The notes beneath the pieces were generated by a model that was not told where the DNA came from, did no database searches, and worked only from the letters and a program-made list of their open reading frames with translations. A program made the position numbers and the translations under genes. From a virus, in IMG/VR virus record IMGVR_UViG_3300013114_000098: a stretch of 64,000 nt of DNA; one strand, 5' to 3'. How positions within the stretch are numbered: the first letter of the stretch is position 1; each line of letters opens with the position of its first letter. This document shows positions 57,491 to 64,000 of the stretch, one piece after another.

Positions 57491-58606
57491 TTATTCTTTA
57501 TTTTGGTTTTCTTTTAAGTCTGTTAGTTGTTTTTGTAAACCTTCTATAATTCCTTGTTGCTCTTTAATTGCTTCAATTAATAAACCTGTTATATTTCCAT
57601 ATGCTACAGATTTCATTCCTTCGCTATCAGTATGAACTACTTCTGGAAAAAATTCTTCTACTTCTTGTGCTATAACACCTGTACTATGTCTTCCATCTTT
57701 CTCAAAGTTTACACCTCTTAAACAATTAACTAGATCTATAGGATTATTAATTGTTTCTATATTTCTTTTTAATCTCTTATCTGAGTATGCTGTAATATCA
57801 CCAGTCGCTGTAAAACTACCAGTGTATGAACCACTCATTTCAAATTCTGTAGTATTTAATGTTAGTCCATTACCTGCTGTATATGTTGTGTTGCCTGTGT
57901 CAACATAGTTACTAGCATGAATAGTTCCAGCAGATGCGGCTGTCCAATCTATATGTTCGTTAGCAACAAAATCTGAAAATCCATCATGTGTTAATGCTGA
58001 AATTGCTGATGTACGTGCTGTTGTTTCTGCACCAATTAAATTAGTTATTGTTGTACTGAAATTAGCATCATCGCCTAACGCCGCGGCTAATTCATTTAAT
58101 GTATCCAATGCACCTGGTGCTGAATCTATCAATGCATCAATTTTTAATTGTGCTCTAGCATCTGCTCTAGCATTAGTAAAATATAAATTACTTGCTTCTG
58201 CTATATCATCTGTGTCTAAAGATCCTGTTCCTGATGTTACTGCTGAATTTACATATGCTTCATATGCAGTTGTAATTGAGGCTGTTTGTGCTGTATCTGC
58301 CGCCGCAAATTCTGTACGAATTAACGCACGATCTGTTGTAGCTGCCGCTGTTATAGTTGAAAGTGCTGATACTGCTCTAGCGTCTGTAAAGAATATGTTA
58401 GTTGAGCCTTCTGTTAAGTTATCTGTGTTTATTGATGATTCCATAGCATCTTGTACAACTACATTTTTTAATGTAATCGTGCCGCCACTATGCGTTAACA
58501 CATCTACGCCATTAATTTGTAACTTATCTAGATCACTACTAGTTGAAATACCCGCACCAGCGTCTGTATCTGATATTACTTTATCTGTTCCTATATAGAA
58601 AGCCAT
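57491..58606 (-). CDS. Tail fibre with C-terminal peptidase S74 chaperone
   Basis: SDKRLKRNI...GVIAQEVE..PEVV...VAYGN..GLLIEAIKEQ. Confidence 0.88.
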   Translation of the reverse strand: MAFYIGTDKVISDTDAGAGISTSSDLDKLQINGVDVLTHSGGTITLKNVVVQDAMESSINTDNLTEGSTNIFFTDARAVSALSTITAAATTDRALIRTEFAAADTAQTASITTAYEAYVNSAVTSGTGSLDTDDIAEASNLYFTNARADARAQLKIDALIDSAPGALDTLNELAAALGDDANFSTTITNLIGAETTARTSAISALTHDGFSDFVANEHIDWTAASAGTIHASNYVDTGNTTYTAGNGLTLNTTEFEMSGSYTGSFTATGDITAYSDKRLKRNIETINNPIDLVNCLRGVNFEKDGRHSTGVIAQEVEEFFPEVVHTDSEGMKSVAYGNITGLLIEAIKEQQGIIEGLQKQLTDLKENQNKE

Positions 58607-58648
58607 AACTTTTCTCCATTGTTATTAATGTATTTATCATAAATTATA

Positions 58649-58990
58649 TTAATATCCAGGAGATTCAACCCAGCCTAGACTGTTATCACCTTGATAAACT
58701 GATTCAACCCAAACATAAGTTTTACCATCTGTTGGATATGTTATAGGTGGTTGCCAATCATGATTATCATCTAATGTCCATGAATCATGTGGCTGAGGCC
58801 TAACAAATACTTCATTTGTTTTATCCCAAGTAAAGCCTATATCGGCTTTTTGTTTTCTAAAGTTATTATTATAACTATATTGTACCCAACGAAACTCATC
58901 ACCTCTTACACCAGTGTTAATAAAATCTTTTTCAGCAACGATTAGTTCTGTGACAATATTGTTATTATCTATTTTTGCAAAATGTGACAT
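58649..58990 (-). CDS. Tail fibre accessory protein
   Basis: MSHFAKID.NNIV...SYN.NFRK...PQP..SW; coupled to the Gly-rich fibre. Confidence 0.6.
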   Translation of the reverse strand: MSHFAKIDNNNIVTELIVAEKDFINTGVRGDEFRWVQYSYNNNFRKQKADIGFTWDKTNEVFVRPQPHDSWTLDDNHDWQPPITYPTDGKTYVWVESVYQGDNSLGWVESPGY

Positions 58991-60912
58991 TATGTTTCAT
59001 ACCTTATAATTACAATTCCAGAGCCGCCGGCACCGCCATTACCATTACCGTGAGCGCCACCACCTCCTCCACCGCCAGTATTAGCACCGCCATTACCTGC
59101 TGTAGCAGTACTGCTGGCACCATTACCACCTGCGTTTCTTGCTGTACCACCACCGGTACCACCACTAGAAGATTCAGCAGATCCGCCTCCTCCTCCGCCT
59201 TCGCCGCCGTTGCCGGCCGCGGAACACATACCGCCGCCTCCGCCGCCACCTGCATAAAAGTATCCGTTTCCATCTAAATTCCATAGTTCGCCACCACCGC
59301 CACCGCCAGATGGGCCACCTTGAGCTCCATCTCCACCGACAGCCGCTTTACCGCCACCGCCTCCTGCCGCGTGGCATCCTGTTTGGTTTCCGTTACCACC
59401 ATTATTACCTTGACCTGCTGTACCTTGACCTGGCGTACCAGATGATGCTCCTGTACTATGTCCTTCACCACCACCTGAACCACCAGCGGCGCCTGTACCA
59501 TATCCTGATCCGCCACCGCCTCCACCAATTGCTGTAGCAATGCTTCCAAAAGAAGTGTTGCCACCATTACCTGCTACACCATTTGTATGTGTAGAACCCG
59601 AGCCGCCACCGCCAATAGATATTACGTGAGCTCCTGTACTAATAGTATAATTTGTTGCTGTTAACATACCACCAGCACCACCGCCACCACCAATGTGGCT
59701 TCCTCCGCCACCTCCGCCTGCGACAACTAGGTAATCAATAGGACCTCCTGTTGTAACAGTAAATGTTCCTGATGATGTAAATGTGTGCATAGTATAACTT
59801 CCATATGTTGATGTAGTGCCACCCGATGCTGAACCACCCCATCCGCCATATAAATCTCCTTCGCCCTCTCCTATATTACTCCAAATATTATTATTAGTTG
59901 TAGCATCGGTACAAACATAAGATTCACCAGAAGAAGAATTAATCCAAAGATGTCCTACTGCTGATGGGTTAGCTGTTATAGTTGGGTCTGAAGATGATAC
60001 TGTAGCATCTGTTAAACTAGCAAGTGTTGATGAACCTGATGATATACCTGTTAAGGCAGAACCATCTCCAGTAAATGCTGTTGCACTTACGGTTCCTGAT
60101 ACAGTTACACCAGAAGCAGTTGTTTCAATTTTCTTAGAGTTGTCGTAATATAAATCTACAGAGCCATTTACATCTGCTCTGATAAGAACTTCACTACTAG
60201 CTTCGTTTACTACATAAAAGTTACCATTAGTTCTCAATGCTAAATTACCAGTACCTTTATCTTTTATTATGCTATCAGAACCATCATGATAAATATTAAA
60301 ATCATCACCAGTACCCATTTGTATTATACCATTATCAGCAAGAATAATTTCATTAGCACCCATATTAAGATTGCCTGACATAGTTCCGCCAGTTGTCATT
60401 AATGCACCAGATGATGTTACATTTGCTGTATCAGTTACGTCTGCTAAAGTCTCAATAGTATCTAATTTATTCTTTAATGTATTTGTAAAGTTATTTTGAG
60501 TTAATCCGCCGTCACCTACTGAATATGTAGTATCTGTGTAATTACTAGCATGTATAGTACCTGCTGATGCTTGTGCCCAATCAACAATACCAGAAATATT
60601 AGTTAAAGCAGAACCATCTCCAACAAATGAAGTTGCTGTAACTGTACCTGCTGTAAGATTACCTTTAACAAGACTTAAATCTGTGGCATCAACACTATTA
60701 ACTGAGGTTGATCCTAAACTAATTGAATTTATTAAAAGAAACTCATCTGTACTGCTATCTTTAACAAGACCTGCATATGATGTAGCTCCTATTTTACCTA
60801 AAAATCCAACATCAACCGCAGATGATCCGTCTTTGTTCAGTATAAGAAGTGGGTCAGTAAACCCAACCTCTGTACTTATTATGTTAGTTGATTGTATTCC
60901 TCTAAAAGCCAT
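58990..60912 (-). CDS. Tail fibre/adhesin with glycine-rich C-terminal domain
   Basis: HTFTSSGTF, YLVVAGGGGGG...GGSGIVIIRY. Confidence 0.8.
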   Translation of the reverse strand: MAFRGIQSTNIISTEVGFTDPLLILNKDGSSAVDVGFLGKIGATSYAGLVKDSSTDEFLLINSISLGSTSVNSVDATDLSLVKGNLTAGTVTATSFVGDGSALTNISGIVDWAQASAGTIHASNYTDTTYSVGDGGLTQNNFTNTLKNKLDTIETLADVTDTANVTSSGALMTTGGTMSGNLNMGANEIILADNGIIQMGTGDDFNIYHDGSDSIIKDKGTGNLALRTNGNFYVVNEASSEVLIRADVNGSVDLYYDNSKKIETTASGVTVSGTVSATAFTGDGSALTGISSGSSTLASLTDATVSSSDPTITANPSAVGHLWINSSSGESYVCTDATTNNNIWSNIGEGEGDLYGGWGGSASGGTTSTYGSYTMHTFTSSGTFTVTTGGPIDYLVVAGGGGGGSHIGGGGGAGGMLTATNYTISTGAHVISIGGGGSGSTHTNGVAGNGGNTSFGSIATAIGGGGGGSGYGTGAAGGSGGGEGHSTGASSGTPGQGTAGQGNNGGNGNQTGCHAAGGGGGKAAVGGDGAQGGPSGGGGGGELWNLDGNGYFYAGGGGGGGMCSAAGNGGEGGGGGGSAESSSGGTGGGTARNAGGNGASSTATAGNGGANTGGGGGGGAHGNGNGGAGGSGIVIIRYET

Positions 60913-60954
60913 TTGCTATTCCTTTAATTATAATAGTATTTATCGAATAGCCAT

Positions 60955-60982
60955 AAAAAAGCAGGGTATTTCTACCCTGCTT
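60955..60982 (-). terminator. Intrinsic terminator
   Basis: AAGCAGGGTA-GAAA-TACCCTGCTTTTTT. Confidence 0.85.
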
Positions 60983-61003
60983 GATTATTTTGTAATTAAA
61001 TAA

Positions 61004-62278
61004 TTACTTAGCTTTAAGTTCTGCTACTTGTGCTGAAAGTTCTTTAACAGCTTCAATTAATAGACCTGTAATGTTACCATAAGCAACACTCTTAAGTCCG
61101 TTAACGTCTGTATGAACCGCTTCTGGAAGTACTGCTTCAAGTTCATGAGCCACAACACCTGTTGAGGTTGAACCATCTTCAATACGATCAAAAGTTACAC
61201 CACGGATTGCTTCAACTCTACCTAATGCACCGTCAATTACTTGAATATTAGTTTTCAAGCTCTCATCGGAATAAGCAGTAATGTCACCAGTTGCTGTGAA
61301 GCTACCAGTATATGAACCACTCATTAAGAACTCAGTACCACTTAACGTCATACCGTTGCCGGCTGTGTAAGTTGTATTTGCATCATTTGCATCTGCATAG
61401 TTTTGAGCCGCTGTTTGAGCCGCTGCAATTGCCGCTGTTACTGATGCCGCATAGTTTGCGTCGTCACCTAATGCTGCCGCTAGTTCGTTCAACGTATCCA
61501 GTGTACCTGGAGCTGAATCTACTAGGTTAGCTACTGAAGTATCAGTGTAAGCATTTGCTGTTGTAACTGCGTCTGCTTCAGCTGTATCTGCGTAAGTTTG
61601 TGCAGAAGCTAACGTTGCCGCGTCGCCTGCTGCCCATGCAGTATTTTGTGCTGTAGCAAGAGCTGTATTAGCCGCTGCCGCTGTTGCTTCTGCCGCCGCT
61701 TGTGCCGCATTTGCTTTAGAAGTTGCATCTGCCGCCGCTGTAGCAATTGCGTCTGCTTCTGCAGTATCTGCATAAGACTGTAACGAAGTTGTTTGAGCTG
61801 TATCAGCCGCTAACCACGCCGCATTAACTGCTAGGTCTGCGTTTGTTGCGAATGCCTGAGCATTTGCTTGAGCTGTATCTGCTTTGGTAGTTGCATCTGC
61901 CGCTGCTGTTGTAACAGTTGCCGCATCTCCCGACGTAATAGCTGCCGCATTAACAGCATCCGCCGCATCTACGTATGTAGTTGCCGCTTTTGTGCCAATA
62001 CTTGCAGTGATTGTTGCCGAAAAGTTTGCATCATCGCCTAGTGCTGCCGCAAGTTCGTTGAGTGTATCTAACGTACCTGGAGCTGAATCTACTAAACTTG
62101 CAATCTCAGCATCGACATAACCTTTACTTGCACCATCGCTACTTGCTGTTGCCGCTGCAACATTTAGGATTTTATTACCATCCATATCAATTGTGCCGCC
62201 CATTGTCAAGTTAGCTAATAGCTCAGAAGCATCGTCAGTTTTAAAACCACCGTCAATTATAAATTTTCTTTGTGCCAT
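61004..62278 (-). CDS. Tail fibre with Ala-rich coiled coil and S74 chaperone
   Basis: Two DSAPGTLDTLNELAAALGDD motifs; SDESLKTNI...LLIEAVKEL. Confidence 0.88.
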   Translation of the reverse strand: MAQRKFIIDGGFKTDDASELLANLTMGGTIDMDGNKILNVAAATASSDGASKGYVDAEIASLVDSAPGTLDTLNELAAALGDDANFSATITASIGTKAATTYVDAADAVNAAAITSGDAATVTTAAADATTKADTAQANAQAFATNADLAVNAAWLAADTAQTTSLQSYADTAEADAIATAAADATSKANAAQAAAEATAAAANTALATAQNTAWAAGDAATLASAQTYADTAEADAVTTANAYTDTSVANLVDSAPGTLDTLNELAAALGDDANYAASVTAAIAAAQTAAQNYADANDANTTYTAGNGMTLSGTEFLMSGSYTGSFTATGDITAYSDESLKTNIQVIDGALGRVEAIRGVTFDRIEDGSTSTGVVAHELEAVLPEAVHTDVNGLKSVAYGNITGLLIEAVKELSAQVAELKAK

Positions 62279-62303
62279 TTTATTGACTCCTTCTTAATTT
62301 AGA

Positions 62304-63998
62304 TTACACATCAATGTAAGTTGCGATAACTTTCACTGTTGCTGATCCTGTTGTTGGTGTATACTGTAGTAGAACATCACTGCCCGACATAGTAACACTT
62401 GCATCACCAATTAAGTCTGCTCCGGTATAAACCATTGCGTACTCAGTGATGTATGCAGTCGTACCATCGTGTACAACTAATGCTTCTCTTGATTCGTAGT
62501 TACCTGCACCGTCGTCAACTTGCATGATATATTTTGCTGAACGGTATGTACCGCCTGCAAAAGTATCAATTGTAGTTGCACCTGTTACTGCAACGTCAGA
62601 TCCTTGTACATACGCCTTAACGTCTGTGCCCGCGATTTGAGTTGATGTTACAGAACCTGCCTGTAATACTGGTACTGAAGCTACTGCTGGGTTAATTACA
62701 ACCGCCTGCGTTCCTGTTGGAATGTTTGACGTAAATGTAATTGATGAACCAGTAATAGTATAGTGAGTTGTTGGATCTTGAATAACACCACCTACAAACA
62801 CATAAGCATGGCTTTGTGAGCCTGTGAAGCCTAGTGCGTAAGTTGCTACTCCTGAACCGTTTATTACTACACGATTCTGACTGCCCCAAACAACTACTGC
62901 TGGATCTACAAGTTCCATCGCTGTTGCGCCGGAATTAACTTGTAAAACGTAATCAGCTTTTGCTGTAAATGTATTATCAGTTACGTCAGTTAGCTCTAAT
63001 AGAGCTGCCGCCGCATCACCAACTATCCATTCGCTGCCATCATGCTTTAAGAACTTACCTGAAGCTGCACCTGTTGTGTCAACATCTGCAAGATCTCCAA
63101 CGCCTGCTAAAGCAATACGTGCATCTGCTACTGTGATTCCACGTGCAGTTGTCCAATATAAATTTGAAGCTTCTGCAACGTCGTCAGTATCTAATGCTGA
63201 GATTGTGTTGTTAATTGTTGTAACTTGACCATCTACGTATGTTTTGTTAGCCGCATCACCGCCTGCTGCCGGAGCTGCAAGACCTGTAATTGAGTTTGAA
63301 CCCATTGCAATGTTGCCAGTCATTGTACCACCAGCTAAAGCTAGTTTCGTTGCTAGATTTGTTGTCATTGTACCTGCGAAGTTAGCGTCATCATTTAATG
63401 ATGCGGCTAGTTCGTTCAATGTATCTAGAGCCGCTGGTGCCGCGTCAATAACCGCTGCAACTTGAGCATCTACATATGTTTCTGTAGCATATGAGTTTGT
63501 ACCTAAGTACGATGCAACACGTGCATCTGTGTAGTATAAGTTACCTGAACCTTCTGTTAGGTCATCAGTATCTTTTGTAGCAAGACGTGCATCAAAGTTA
63601 GCGTCTTTGTATGTTACTACACCGAACGCACCAGTAGTTGAGTTATAAGTTAAATCACCTGTTGCCGAAAGGGCACCACGTGCTAACGCCTCAATTGCTG
63701 AGTTTGTACGCTCTGTATAAGACATAACACCAGTTGTTGCATTATATGCCAACGAACCGGATGCACTTATTGAGCTACGTGCTCTTGCTGTTGTAAAGTA
63801 CAAGTTTGTACCTTCACTTAAATCATCAGTATCTAATGCCGCAATACCCGCATTAAAGTCTGCTGTATCAAAGTGATCAGCTGTTGTAAATGATGAGCTT
63901 CCACCATCCCAAACGATTGTGTTACCGCCTGCGATTCCTGAAATATCAACATCTGAAAGATCACCAACCGATGCTCCAGCAATAACTGCGTTTGCACG
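62304..63998 (-). CDS. Tail fibre-like structural protein, 5' end outside the window
   Basis: Frame stays open past 63803 to the window edge; repeated TDDL.EG.NLYYT.AR; C-terminal YRSAKY domain. Confidence 0.8.
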   Translation of the reverse strand, partial: RANAVIAGASVGDLSDVDISGIAGGNTIVWDGGSSSFTTADHFDTADFNAGIAALDTDDLSEGTNLYFTTARARSSISASGSLAYNATTGVMSYTERTNSAIEALARGALSATGDLTYNSTTGAFGVVTYKDANFDARLATKDTDDLTEGSGNLYYTDARVASYLGTNSYATETYVDAQVAAVIDAAPAALDTLNELAASLNDDANFAGTMTTNLATKLALAGGTMTGNIAMGSNSITGLAAPAAGGDAANKTYVDGQVTTINNTISALDTDDVAEASNLYWTTARGITVADARIALAGVGDLADVDTTGAASGKFLKHDGSEWIVGDAAAALLELTDVTDNTFTAKADYVLQVNSGATAMELVDPAVVVWGSQNRVVINGSGVATYALGFTGSQSHAYVFVGGVIQDPTTHYTITGSSITFTSNIPTGTQAVVINPAVASVPVLQAGSVTSTQIAGTDVKAYVQGSDVAVTGATTIDTFAGGTYRSAKYIMQVDDGAGNYESREALVVHDGTTAYITEYAMVYTGADLIGDASVTMSGSDVLLQYTPTTGSATVKVIATYIDV

Positions 63999-64000
63999 AG

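Larger units (their letters stand above)
8511..60943. promoter_or_regulatory. Dispersed T4-late-like promoter motif (A/C)TAAATA, about 20 copies
   Basis: Minus strand at 8511, 12126, 15822, 18730, 22012, 26442, 35212, 35473, 37736, 39207, 41848, 44449, 46737, 48481, 51752, 57184, 57454, 58631, 60937. Plus strand at 22043 and 51790. Each is just upstream of a gene, in that gene's orientation. Confidence 0.8.

Noticed and set aside
59020-59850. GC-rich ccgcca repeats as foreign DNA
   Set aside because: Explained by poly-glycine codons of the adhesin domain.
57491-61400. Diversity-generating retroelement suggested by duplicated fibre 3' regions
   Set aside because: The differences are at synonymous third positions and are not adenine-specific; there is no reverse transcriptase in the window.
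2515-63465. Numerous plus-strand and nested ORFs in the track (for example 2515-3141, 24302-24766, 28403-28801, 58212-58598)
   Set aside because: They are antisense or off-frame shadows of well-supported genes, with no promoter, SD or motif support.
1-64000. Stop-codon reassignment, tRNA genes or rRNA
   Set aside because: Core genes are full length in the standard code with tight packing; no cloverleaf or rRNA-like segment was seen.

Overview
This is an AT-rich, gene-dense segment of a large contractile-tailed (T4-superfamily, jumbo-type) phage genome, almost entirely on the minus strand. It encodes nucleotide metabolism (class Ia nrdAB, glutaredoxin, dNMP kinase), replication and recombination (DnaB, DnaG, a 194-aa miniature DnaE core, UvsW, UvsY, RecA/UvsX, gp32), packaging and morphogenesis (TerL, gp4, tube, sheath, neck, gp15, PAAR, tail fibres with S74 chaperones) and auxiliary genes (subtilisin, SpeD, QueC-like, SbmA/BacA, glycosyltransferases, a 2OG-Fe(II) hydroxylase fusion, and ribosomal protein bL31 next to terL). 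Two promoter classes can be read directly: sigma70 TTGACA-N17-TATAAT-like promoters, and about 20 copies of a T4-late-like (A/C)TAAATA motif. The strongest unexplained signals are: (1) putative head proteins built as strings of small unrelated modules separated by hydrophobic-x-Glu linkers and RLKxLAG motifs, with one module shared between two proteins, suggesting protease-processed cargo polyproteins; (2) bL31 together with several apparently leaderless mRNAs and an anti-SD-like hairpin loop; (3) a promoter family with a 16-bp palindrome in the spacer and nearby IHF-consensus sites. No tRNA, CRISPR array, intron, intein or alternative genetic code was seen. All calls come from reading motifs by eye; no database searches were run.
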